DNA from: Chrysomallon squamiferum
Lineage: Eukaryota; Animalia; Mollusca
DNA length: 64,000 bases
Assembly: GCA_012295275.1 (NCBI GenBank)
Contig: CM022678.1
Span: 7,936,001 to 8,000,000 of the forward strand
Direction: 5' to 3'
Shown here: piece by piece, positions 41,801 to 54,120 of the stretch
Layout of the letters: every line of letters begins with the position of its first letter
Numbering within the stretch: the stretch's first letter is position 1
Made by a program: the position numbers and the translations under genes
Notes under the pieces: generated by a model
What the model saw: the letters and a program-made list of their open reading frames with translations, nothing else
Database searches by the model: none
What the model was told of the DNA's origin: nothing

Positions 41801-44800
41801 ATCAGCCCTAAAACAACCAGTAAATTAACCTTCTGTGTCAAGTAAAAATCATTTGGTCCATTATAAATACTAAGTTTAATTACCAAACTTTCATGTAGCG
41901 GTTTGTAGAGTTTCAGCTCAGTCTTTTGAAAACAAGTTCAAAATGGTCATTTAAGATTTAAATCAGCAATTAAAAGCAAAAGAAGTAGCTTTGAACATTA
42001 CGTGTGAATTTAAAATAATTTACGAAAGTAAAAATAGTTATTCGAAAAAAGCTATGTATTTTGGTCAGTGCCACAAATTTTAAAAACTGACTTTGTAGTA
42101 GTAATGTGTTGACACTATTTATAGTGATATTGTGATGAATACTATATATATATATATATATATATATTATCTGTTACACAAAAGTGTGTGTGTTTAAATT
42201 TACTCTAGAATACATACCAGCCTCAACAACATTTCTGAATCTTTGACACCTTTTGAGAGGAACTTCTGACTTCTCTTCAGCCTGTAGATAAATTTATCTA
42301 AATAAGGAAACTGACCAAATACAAACCATTTATAAAAACAATATTTCTGAATTAGGATTTGAAAGTCTTCAAAATTAATTCTGAATAAACAACTCTTTAC
42401 AAATGTTTTTGTTATTTAAGGTTGACGTTAAAAGTAAAATAAAATTTAATAAATATAAAATAAATAAATTACAAACATTTCAGTTATTAAAGATGTGAAA
42501 AAATTATAAAAAGATCATTTTACTAACACAATATTGTTTTATTAACCCAGTGTTATAGAAATAGTGTTTTATTAACCCAAAATAAGATTAATAAAAACAA
42601 TATTAAACTATAAAAATTCTTACAGCAGGAGCAGCAATTACTTCATTTCTCTTTGACAACACTTGATTATTTGCAGATGATGATGCAGACTGTCCCCCTT
42701 TGTTATGAGCAACAGCATCATTGTTGGCAACAACATTTACACTGGTCCCTGGCAAATCTGTTGGGCTTTCCGCAGTTCTAGGTTCTTGTCCTGTGTCTGT
42801 GGTCTCAGTCTGTCCTGAAACTGCTCCCTCAGACTGAAACAACAACAACAGCAGTAATAATAATAATAAAGAAAAAATAAAAATAAAATAAGCTTTTAAT
42901 GAAATTGAAACATGACAATGTTTCAGATGGAATTTGTTTTGAATTTTAATGTAAATACTTCTCCACTCGTTTCCAGTAAATGTGTTAATTATTTGCATCT
43001 GAAATTAACATCTGTATTTGTGCGTGTCTGTCTGTGTGTCTTTGGTTATGTTTTTATGCCGGTCTCTATGTATTTGTATTTATGGTTTGTGTATGTGTGA
43101 GAAAGAGAAAGACAGAGTGGAAGAAAGAAAATGTAAGGTGTGTGGGGGGACAAAGAGTGAGGAGGAGGATGTGTATGTATGTGTCTGTGTCTACATATAT
43201 GTGTGTATGTCTGCATGCATGTATTTGAGTGTTCATGTGCATGCACAAGTGTGTGTTTCAGTAATATTTTAAAATAATATTTACAGAAAAGAAACATACA
43301 GGATCAGATTGAGAGGTGTTAGATGACATTCCACTGCTCAGCACATTGTTCACCGGCTCTGAAAATTAAACATTTGTTATTATACACCAACAACCATGTA
43401 ACAAACAGAATAGGAGAAAAAAAACTTGTCCAATTCAACCCCTCAAAACAACATCAAAATATTACATTCATTAAGAAAAGATTACAAAATCCATGTGTTC
43501 TGTTTAACTCTGGTTTCAGTCAGATATGCAAATTTTGACTCTGTCCTGTGAAAGGTGAAGTAACCTAAATTTCTTTTACTTCTGAGTGAGCAAAAATGAT
43601 TTTTTTTATTCTCTAGCATTTTTATGATCCATGAAACAGAACCAGACTGAAGGAAAAAAACTAATTTATTCAAATTTATTACTACAGATGAACCTGATAC
43701 TTTTCTTCGTCTTTTTATTACTACATTAACAAAATCAGCCCTAAAACAACCAGTATATTAACCTTCTATGTGAAGTAAAAATCATTTGGTCCATTATAAA
43801 TACTAAGTTTAATTATCAGACATAACCCAAACTTTCATGCAGCGGTTTGTAGAGTTTCAGCTCAGTCTTTTGAAAACAAGTTCAAAATGGTCATTTAAGA
43901 TTTAAATCAGCAATTAAAAGCAAAAGAAGTAGCTTTGAACATTACGTGTGAATTTAAAATAATTTACCAAAGTAAAAATAGTTATTCCCAAAAAGCTATG
44001 TATTTTGGTCAGTGCCACAAATTATAAAAACTGACTTAGTAGTAGTAATGTGTTGCCATTATTGATAGTAATACTATATATATATATTATCTGTTATACA
44101 AAAGTGTGTGTTTAAATTTACTCTAGAATACATACCAGATTCAATGACATCTTTGATTGTTTGAGAGCCACTGGGAGGAACGTCTAAATTGTCTTCAACC
44201 TGTAAATAAATTTATCTAAATAAGTAAACTGACCAAATACAAACCATTTATAAAAACAATATTTCTGGAATAGGATTATAAATTTTTCAAAATTAATACA
44301 GTCTGAATACAATCTGAATAAACAATTCTTTACAAATGTTTTTGTTATTTAAGGTTGACTTTAAAAATAAAATAATAATTTAATAAAATAAAAAATAAAT
44401 AAATTATAAACATTTCAGTTATTAAAGATGTGAAAAAATTATACAAATATTGTTTTACTAACACAATATTGTAACAATATTGTTTAATTAACCCAGTATT
44501 ATAGCAATATTTTTTTATTAACTCAGTGTTATAACAATATTGTTTTATTAACCCAAAATAAGATTAATAAAAAAAATATTCAACTATACAAATTCTTACA
44601 ACATTTGCACTGGTCCCTGGCAAATCTGTTGGGCTTTCCGCAGTTCTAGGTTCTTGTCCTGTGTCTGTGGGCTCAGGCTGACCTGAAACTGCTCCCTCAG
44701 ACTGAAACAACAACCACAGCAGGAACGATGTTAACAGCAGCAGGAACGATGTTAACAGCAGCAGGAACGATGTTAACAGCAGCAGGAACAATGTTAACAG

Positions 44801-45326
44801 CAGCAGGAACGATGTTAATAGCAACAAGAACAACTGTAATAATAATAATAAAGAAAAAATAAAAACAAAATAAGCTTTGAATGAAACTGAAACATTACAA
44901 TATTTCAGATGGAATTTTAATGTAAATAATTCTCCACTCTTTTCCAGTAAATGTGCTAATTATTTGCATCTGAAATTAACATCTGTATTTGTGCGTGTAT
45001 GTCTGTTTGTCTTTGGTTATGTTTTTATGTCTGTCTCTATGTATTTGTATTTATGGTTTGTGTATGTGTGAGAAAGAGAAAGACAGAGTGGAAGAAAGAA
45101 AATGCAAGGTGTGTGGGGGACAAAGAGTGAGGAGGGGGATGTGTATGTATGTGTCTGTGTCTATATATGTGTGTATGTCTGCATGCATGTATTTGAGTGT
45201 TCATGTGCATGCACAAGTGTGTGTTTCAGTAATATATTAAAATAATATTTACAGAAAAGAAACATACAGGATCAGACTGAGAAAGGTTAGACGACATTCC
45301 ACTGCTCAGTATATTGTTCGTCAGCT
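33564..45326 (-). CDS. Kinase copy A: NIK/MAP3K14-COT/MAP3K8-like protein kinase with a repeated low-complexity N-terminus and a shortened C-lobe (start and final exon unresolved)
   Basis: 18 GT-AG exons join in frame for 603 codons: 45326-45268, 44701-44600, 44199-44136, 43358-43300, 42833-42624, 42281-42218, 41425-41367, 41061-40998, 40208-40150, 39403-39349, 38647-38617, 38430-38268, 37689-37552, 37172-37037, 35686-35540, 34737-34535, 34242-34098, 33616-33564. Motifs: AGVVLDSSK|ITLKNRKYRKG, LGKGNIAG, HMVK, VFRDEE, VPKLY, HMEILE, HGDLHEGN, DFG. Confidence 0.85.
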
Positions 45327-45715
45327 CTGAAATTTAAACATTTTTTTATTAAACACCAACAATCATATAACAAACAGAATTGGAGAAAAAAACTTGTCCA
45401 AAGTCCACCCCACAAAACAACATCAAAATATTACATTCATTAAAAAAAGATTACAAAATATGTATGTTCTGTTTAACTGTGGTTTCAGTCAGATGTGCAA
45501 ATTTTGACTCTGTCCTGTGAAAGGTGAAGTAACCTAAATTTCTTGTACTTCTGAGTGAGCAAAAATGATTTTTTTTATTCTCTAGCATTTTTATGATCCA
45601 TGAAATAGAACCAGACTGAGACTGAAGGAAAAAAACAAATTTATAAAAATGTATTACTACAAATGAACCTGACACTTTTCTTCTTCTTTATTTTTTACTA
45701 CATTAACAAAATTGG
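39120..45715 (-). repeat. Four ~1.2-2 kb near-identical tandem units carrying exon cassettes
   Basis: Anchor CTACATTAACAAAAT occurs at ~40560, ~41790, ~43722 and ~45698. Blocks ~40150-41250 and ~41365-42500 are nearly identical. Confidence 0.93.
44713..44820. repeat. 21-bp intronic minisatellite (CAGCAGCAGGAACGATGTTAA, ~5 copies)
   Basis: Direct reading. It is absent from the paralogous position at ~42840. Confidence 0.9.
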
Positions 45716-45873
45716 CAATTTCATTTAATTCAGTAACTTTGTTGCTGTTGATGGTTGAAAGGTAATTTAGAAAAACAACAACACCAACTAACAAAACAAC
45801 TTAACAACATTGTCCATTTCAGTTTTGTTTTAATGATTTTGTGAAAATAAGATGAAGTTGATGAAATAATTTA

Positions 45874-48585
45874 GGGTCATTCCGTGTCAAATCACCCAAT
45901 GGTTTAAACCCGACCGTCTCAGATTTTTATGAAACTTTGTATACTTGTTGACTGGGATCCCACAGCACCAAATCTGAAATGTTAGCTCAATCAGACCAGT
46001 GGTGTGGGAGATACGGCCCACCGAATTTTGAGATTTTTGCCAAAAATGGGTGTGACCACCAACCTTAGAACCCTCATATCTCAGGAACTACTGGGCCAAT
46101 CTTCATAAAATCGGTATTGTTAGAAAGGCAAAATGACAAGGATTCCAAATCTGCCATTTTTGTTCAGTTTGGAAAGTACCTTGACCTTTTGACCTTTGCT
46201 ATGACCTTGAAATTGACCGTGTGGATCACGTGATCTTCAGATGACCTTTAGTGAAATTTAATCTCCCACATGTTAACTAAAACATATAAAAGTTTCCTGG
46301 GTGTAATATTTTTTGTTTAGCCACAATATAGATTTAAAAAAAGCACATACATGAAAATAACACCTTTTCAGCCATTAACATCTGATTAACTAAAACCTGA
46401 ATGATCAATTCTGGATGCTAGGAATCACCATCTCTCTTAATCATCGAGTAAGACATTGTAGGCCTACATGTATGCATAAAGTTCACATATAAAAGTTTCC
46501 TGGGTATAATATTTTTTTGTTTAGCCATAATAGAGATTGTAAAGGGTGACAAAATCAAGATTTGCACACGCTCTGGGTAGGATTCAGACATTAAGATGTC
46601 ATTTTAATGTTACAGTAGCTGATGCTAGTTTTTTTCTGTCCTTTCATTCATTTACTGGAACGTGCTAGTGAATGGAGTTTGACAGGAGTTTCGCCTAAAC
46701 TCGACAGAATAGAATTCAAATCAAAGTCCTTTTCTGGGGAAACAACAACCAGCGATTTGTCTGGCAAGTTATCACCAAATTCTCCCATTGTAATACCACC
46801 CATACTAAAGCCATCCTCTGCAGGACCTTTGATTTCTGAAGGGTAATCAGACAGTCACAGCACAACTTGTCTCCTGGCACTAGTGTCTTTGGAGGATTTA
46901 CTAAGCATTTGTAAGTGCCCACGCTAACAATTCTTAAAGATCTAGTGCGTGCTTGCTCAGGGTGGCGATTAAGGAGATCACAACAGTTTTTCTGCAATGT
47001 TGAAAATTTGATGAAAAGTTCTTGTTCATGATACTCTTGATGTCCCGTGTTTTGATCCCACTTCAATTTTCCATACACTTCGGAACAACTCCTTTTTGAT
47101 ATGATGGTGTTGATAACACACATTTTCAGGAGAGTTAAAGCTGCAGTTAGCCTGGAAGAAATAAGGATTTTCAGTATTGGCCTGCACCTTCAATTCAATA
47201 GAACAAAGTCAGTGCTTTCCTAAATATTAAATCAAATCCTGAAACCCTTTCAGTAAATGTAAGCAGGTCGTAAAATGGCAGCAGAGTACATGTGTTATTG
47301 CCAAAGGCCCACAAGTCTTGGGCATTTATGTCAATCTTCTCAAGTATAAATCACAGTTTATTAAGGTGAAGTAGACCTTGTTCATACTCTGTGCTGAAGA
47401 CTGGGTGTACAAATACATTATGCAGTACATCACTTGATGACGTCTGATTTCAGACTGGGTTGTACTGTTGTTGACTGAAACCTTGTTCAAAACCAATGGC
47501 AAGGCCCACATGACATGATAAAATTACTTAATAGGTTTTATGAAATAAAAATATTGTTTATATATCAACATCTGACATTGTGTCCAACTTAAAAAGCTTC
47601 AGATTGTCAAAGAAATGCAAATGAAGAAACTTCTTTGTCTTAAACTTCTAATTGCCATGTGCTCAATGGGGATTGCACCAGGGAATCTAAAGGAGTTCCT
47701 GACCTGCCTGAAGCATCACTTCCTGTTAACCCTTTGAGCCTGATTGTGTAGAACATGTCATGCCATTTGGCATCTTTTCATATCCTTCAGGCATTCCTTC
47801 AGACATGTCAGGTGGGTTTTAACTCCAAAGATGAGTTTTTAGTCTCAGAGAAAATGTACATTGTAATGCATTGTATCAATCATCCATGCAGGTATGCATT
47901 TTTTAAATCTCTATTATGGCTAAACAAAAATATTATACTCAGGAAACTTTTATATGTGAACTTTATGCATACATGTAGGCCTACAATGTCTTACTCGATG
48001 ATCAAGAGAGATGGTGATTCCTAGCATCCAGAATTGATCATTCAGGTTTTAGTTAATCAGATGTTAATGGCTGAAAAGGTGTTATTTTCATGTATGTGCA
48101 TTTTTTAAATCTATATTGTGGCTAAACAAAAAATATTACACCCAGGAAACTTTTATATGTTTTAGTTAACATGTGGGAGATTAAATTTCACTAAAGGTCA
48201 TCTGAAGATCACGTGATCCACACGGTCAATTTCAAGGTCATAGCAAAGGTCAAAAGGTCAAGGTACTCCAATATTTTCCAAACTAAACAAAAATGGCAGA
48301 TTTGGAATCCTTGTCATTTTGCCTTTCTAACAATACCGATTTTATGAAGATTGGCCCAGTAGTTCCTGAGATATAAGGGTTCTAAGGTTGGTGGTCACAC
48401 CCATTTTTGGCAAAAATCTCAAAATTCGGTGGGCCATATCTCCCACACCACTGGTCTGATTGAGCTAACATTTCAGATTTGGTGCTGTGGGATCCCAGTC
48501 AACAAGTATACAAAGTTTCATAAAAATCTGAGACGGTCGGGTTTAAATTTCTTCTTTTTTTGGGTGATTTGACACGGAATGACCC
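45874..48585. mobile_element. Non-autonomous long-TIR DNA transposon, Sola2-like
   Basis: TIRs at 45874-46538 and 47906-48585 (GGGTCATTCCGTGTCAAATCACCCA / TGGGTGATTTGACACGGAATGACCC). 4-bp TSD TTTA at 45870-45873 and 48586-48589. GRG termini, a 4-bp TSD and long TIRs fit Sola2. Confidence 0.88.
46716..47123 (-). pseudogene. Cys/His-rich transposon ORF remnant
   Basis: YHEQ..KFSTLQKNCCD...H...LRIVS...LVPGDKLCCDC resembles the Cys/His N-terminal motif I associate with Sola2-type transposases and ARL14EP-like proteins. No DDD catalytic region is visible. Confidence 0.6.
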
Positions 48586-49229
48586 TTTATCATATATTGT
48601 ATATAAATCAATTATGATGTGTGTGTGTGTGTGTGTGTGTTAGAGAGAATTACTTGAGTATTTATTTTTATATCTTAATATCTAATGTCCATTTATAAGA
48701 AAACCGAATAAAAAAAGAAAAGAAAAAGAAAGTGTGTCTGTATACATTTAGTTTCACAACTCATGTATTGTACAAATACTTTGTACATTTCCAAACTGAG
48801 ATCTCAAACAAGTAATAGGAAATAACTGTTTAGTGTTGAATGATATCAGCTATATCCAGTAAAGGTTAAAATGACCTGATTCAATGAGGCAAAAGTTTAT
48901 GTCAAACCAAAGCAATTCATTACTTTTTAAATAAAAAATGCATTAAGATTTATACTACATTAACAAAATCAGCCCTAAAACAACCAGTAAATTAACCTTC
49001 TATGTCAAGTAAAATCCCAATAAAATAATTACACCATCCATATGACCAGAAAAAACAAGACACAAATGAACAAACATTGCAAGGAATAACTTGCACAGAT
49101 GGGTTAACACTTAAAACAGAATGTTGATTCAACAAAAGCCAGTTCTTCTCACTGAATGAAAAATAACAGTTAACACTAATGTGCTCGAGTGATTTTATAA
49201 AAAGCACCGTAGGTACAGAAAAACTCAGT

Positions 49230-49712
49230 GGAATCAAATACGTTTGAAGTGAAACAGCTAATTGATGCAAAATGACGATTACGTCACTTCCCGGATGTTC
49301 TTTCCGTTGTTTCCGGTTGTCTTACATTGAATATCCGCGGGGGATAATTTACGACTGCACTCTCTTGTTTTACTTAATATAACATTTTTTCTATTCTATT
49401 AAAACAAAAATTAAATGGCGAAGAAATAAATACCCGCAAATTGTATTCCGATAAAAATTAGTTTATTTTTCACATATCAATATTATCAGAGATCTTCCTG
49501 TCATTTTAGTAGTAATGTTTTTGCTTTTTCCAATGATATATAATGTTTTAGGAAATTAATAATTTTGATAAATTTGTCACATACGTGCAATTACTTGAAT
49601 TAGTGAAAATCAAAATGGCCAAGCATGGCTATTAATATTATTATAATATTAATGGATTTACTGACATAGTGACATACCTACCCGAGCTGAAGTTCTTGTG
49701 TGTTCGTATATT
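49230..49712. repeat. Block duplicated at ~55665-56170, with a CpG-containing promoter-like end
   Basis: TACGTCACTTCCCG..GAATATCCGCGGGGGATAAT..CCGAGCTGAAGTTCTTGTGTG is near-identical in both copies. A ~90 bp sub-block also occurs at ~50255 and ~52735. Confidence 0.88.
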
Positions 49713-51029
49713 AACGTCTAATGCATTCAGGGGAACTCGAGTTAATATTATGTCTGTTACTCATTGAATAGTTACATTTTTATCCATGTAATAAACATAC
49801 TTTACCAACACTACTGCAACTTGTGCAAGTTCTTATAGAATTTTTTAATGTAGATAAATCGGTCTAAATGCTATTTTCTGTCAACAGGTGGAGCACCTGT
49901 ATAACCCAATAAAATAATTACACCCTCCATACGACCAGAAAAAACAACATACAAATAAACAAACATTGTAAGGAGTAACTTGCACAGAATGTTGATTGAA
50001 CAAAAGCCAGTTCTTCTCACTCAGTGAACAATAACACTAATGTGCTTAAGTGAACTTCGGTTTCATGATAACAACAACATGTACAGTGTGATGGAAGTAA
50101 AGATTAAATATTCCTAACAGTAATACTTGTAGAATGTTCAGTTCAATAGAGGCAACGCGTCAGGTGCAAATGTAAGGTTCAGGTGACACAGCGCTGGCCA
50201 GTTATTAAGAACTGTAGTAGTCATTTTGGTAGTGATTTTTTTGCTCTTTCTACTGACATATAATGTTTTAGGAAATTTATAATTTTGATAAATTTGTCAC
50301 ATATGTGCAATTACTAGAATTAGTGAAAATCAAAATGGCCGTCACATGGTGATTAATGGATTTACAGATCTGACATCTGAAGTGGAACAGCTAATTGGTG
50401 CAAATGGCTGCCGTGAATGGCACATATCTACCATATCTATGTCACTATTTCCAGAAAACTGCAGTTCTTTCAACTTTTTCCCTCACTAAAGTGAAGCTAG
50501 CGAACATTTCCAGTGAACTTTTAGAACCGTTACGTCAAAGAGTTGTCACTTGGTTAATGGGGACATGTTGTCATTAGCAGTAACTGTATGATCAAGTGTT
50601 TGCTATTGTTTTTCCTTTTCAATTACAACATAAATGTGTAGTAACCAGTAGATTCGGAAAAAAAAAAATAATAATAAAAAAAAAAATAATAATAATCAAT
50701 AAAAGAAATTGTATTTATTTATTTATTTATATATTTATTTATTGTCACATGCATTGTCATGCAAAAAAAAAGGTAATAATAATAATAAGAAGAAGACGAA
50801 GAAGAAATAAGAAAAATAAGAAAATAAATAAATAAATGAAAAAATTGTAAAACTAAGGGGTTTTTTTTGCTAAACTTTATTTACTGTCATCATTTCACTT
50901 TGCTTTAGTTTAATTTTTATTTCTTTTGAAAAATCCAAGCTTATCAATTATTTATTTATTTATTTATTTATTATTATTATTATTATTCCATATATAGTTG
51001 AGTTTTATTTGAAAATTTATTTTGTGCAT

Positions 51030-51440
51030 CAGCAGAAAACGAACTGGAGCATGTGGAAGGCATCAGTGTGGTGACAGATGTAACTGAAAATCTCGGCCAG
51101 ATACCCCAGGATCCCCTCTTGATACTGTCAGCCTCCACTAAAGATGGACACCAAGTTCTAGCAGATGATGTCAGCTACTACAGAGTATAGTACATATTTC
51201 AGCACAAGGAGATAATGGGGATGATCAGTGTGGCGAAACCAAGAGCTCTGTATGCCACTCTCTGCTTGTTACCTTCACTGATGCATGCTTGTAAAAATAT
51301 GAACATGGCCTATTTCGATGGTCTAACTGAAGAGAGAAGGGAGATTGTGTTGAAAAAAGCTGGGAATGTCGGGCCCACGCAAACAGCCCAACAGTAGAGA
51401 ATTTTTAAGGTTACTTTGAGAATGAAAATTGAATAAGAAA
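51030..51440 (+). pseudogene. Possible decayed DNA-transposase C-terminal fragment
   Basis: EIMGMIS..KP(R)A..ACKNMNMAYFDGLTEERREIVLKKA, interrupted by stops. The resemblance is by eye only. Confidence 0.3.
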
Positions 51441-53170
51441 CATGATACGAATATCCCAGATGCTCCAATGGCTTCACCACATCATTGCTTATATACATGA
51501 CAACTTTCAGGTCATTATCTCCAGAAATAAGGAAGATATGTCCAACTGTCTCAGTTTCCCTCATTAGCAATAACATTTTCTGCATATCTTTCATGGAATT
51601 TTTCAGGAAAAAAAACATTGTCAAATCTTGCTTGTCTTTCAACTTTTCTTCACAATCTTGGTACCATTTTTTTTCATGCTCTGTCAAATTAACTTAGAAA
51701 TTAAAGTGATTATTTGATTCCCCCCTATTTGTTACATACCTACTGGTAGTCTGACAAATGGATTACACTTTGTCAGTAGGTTATCCTAATCCACTTCATA
51801 ATCATTACGATGAAAAAATACCAGCAAATTTTATTCTGATAAAACTTTGTAACTTTTTTCTTATCAGTGCTATCACAGATCTTCTTGACATTCCAGTAGT
51901 TATTTTTTTGCTCTTTCTAATGATATATAATGTTTTAGGAAACCTTTCTTCACAATCTTGGTACCATTTTTATTTTCATGCTCTCTGTCGAATTTACTTT
52001 GAAATTAACATGTGAATAATATATATTTTTTAAATTCCCCCATTTGTAACATACCTACTCATAGGCTGACAAATTTCAAACAAGTATTTAGAGCAGCAGA
52101 TAGTTATTGTTGGAAACCAAAATGACTGCCTTATTTGATGAGAACACCAAACAAAAATACCAGCTGATGTCTTACAAGTTTGAAGTTTTGTTTATTTTAT
52201 TAATTGACAAGTATTTACGATGCAAGGAATATATGGTATGAATTAATGATGCTACCTATCAAGTGAAAACTTCCATTTTCAAATATAATTCATGCACATT
52301 GATTTGATTTTTAATAAATGTTACATTTTTAAAATGAGGTTATAAAGCAAATTAACACTAATTAATGCTACTAAATAACCGGTAAAAACAAAAAACAAAA
52401 TATGTAAAGATCCCTACAATTCATGTCTTGAAAAATGATGTTTTTGTATTTTGGTTTAATTTCTATGGAGTTTTAGAGAATTACATAATTAAGTGTATGT
52501 TAAATTTCAGCTGATTAGTTTGCCTAATTAATTAATTTAAATTCTTGAGTTTTAGCAACTTAATTAAAAATACAGTACAGGTTTAGAGTTCATAAAATGT
52601 TTCATTTTGATGTATCATACAGTCGATTGAAGCTATATGAAATATTCAGTGTTTGTGCTGCAAAATGTCAGAAATGGAGCACACTTCAAAATTACGGATG
52701 TCTGAATCTGCAGAGTGTTTTTTGCTCTCTCCAATGATATATAATGTTTTAGGAAATTAATAATTTTGATAAATTTGTCACATACGTGCAATTACTTGAA
52801 TTAGTTAAAATCAAAATGGCCAAAATGGGGAGAGCTTGTAATCCCCTTTAAAATGACAACAAAATCAAGAGTTTATGTTGAAAATTAAACACTATTTAGG
52901 TCAATAGAGGTTTGTGACCGAAAATTGCTATATTTTAACATTGTCCCTGCTATCATTGTTAATAATCAAGTTTTCTTGATGAAATTTTCAGGAAGACCAA
53001 TGCCAATCTCTGCAATTGATTTTATTTGTAAAAATTAAAAAGACGTTATTAATTAAGGTATCAGCAGCCTAACAAATATAACTGGACAAAGCTATTAAAA
53101 GTGCAGATTTTGTTCGATTCCCGCCACTCCCAAATATCTTCTGTAAAATATTGTGACATGTAAAATATGT

Positions 53171-53473
53171 TAACTACCGACAGCCTTGCCGATATAACTG
53201 GTCGAAGCTACGACGTAAACCACCACACGATACACCCTTCAGCAGAAAACTCATTCAGTTACCTTTCAAACAATGAAAATGCTGTGTATCAAAACTTGTG
53301 TTCAAAAATGTACTTTTATATGCCTTCAAAGAAATTTTGAAAAAAACTGGCTGAAAATAAAATCTATGTTCACAGGATCAAATGAAAGCTCCTTGTTTGA
53401 AAGAAGAGTGTATCGTGTGGTGGGTTTACATCATAGCTTCGAGCAATTATATCGGCTAGGCTGCCGGAAGCTA
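53171..53473. mobile_element. MITE-like element with ~68 bp imperfect TIRs
   Basis: 53171-53238 (CAGCCTTGCCGATATAACTGGTCGAAGCTACGACGTAAACCACCACACGATACAC) is the reverse complement of ~53404-53473. The TSD is unclear. Confidence 0.75.
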
Positions 53474-53689
53474 ATATAGGACGATGACAAGTAGATAAAA
53501 AAAAAAAAAAAAAAAAAAAAACTAATTATTATGTCCAGTTACTTTTCATTCGTCTCACGTAACCGGTTTTAGTGATCGTAGCATGTTGAAAATTCGGTAA
53601 AAATTTGTAATTTTGAAGAAGAAAAAAAACTGACGATATAACCATAATAACCGATTATAACGCCAACAGACCATACATGATACTAGGTA

Positions 53690-54120
53690 TGTGTATTACT
53701 GCCGGAACTGCGTCCGCCATTTTCTGCTATATCTGTGTGACCTGAATCTCCCCGATGGCGAGTGGTGTCTCTGCGTAAATCGCTTCTCATTGGTCAGGGG
53801 CTGGGAGTTTCAGTTATCCCTGATGGTATAATTAGCAGGAAATTCCCGTATACTCACTCGTTTTAGAATTTTTCAGTTTGCTCAATTGGTTTGTTTCGGA
53901 GGAGAGTTCGAATTTTTTTTTCGTATTCAACACGTTAAAATCGGTCGTTTTCGATATCGGAGGATAATCTAAGGTAGATGGAGGCGAAGAACAATATTTA
54001 ATTTTATTATATGTGAATTTATATTGAAATCTGACACAGCTGAGAAAAATTACACATGCCGGAAAGAGGAGCTGTAACATTGAAATGGCTTCAAAATCAA
54101 ACATGGCGGATGAAAATTCG
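53690..54120. promoter_or_regulatory. CpG-rich promoter-like island
   Basis: Local CG enrichment, YY1-type CCGCCATTTT (~53715) and AACATGGCGG (~54100), ATTGG (~53789), and kappaB consensus GGAAATTCCC (53838-53847). Confidence 0.45.

Noticed and set aside
39769-45675. Recurring short ORFs (MFQMEF.., MTFHCSAH.., KMLENKK..)
   Set aside because: They recur only because the intron DNA is duplicated. Stops and indels differ between copies.
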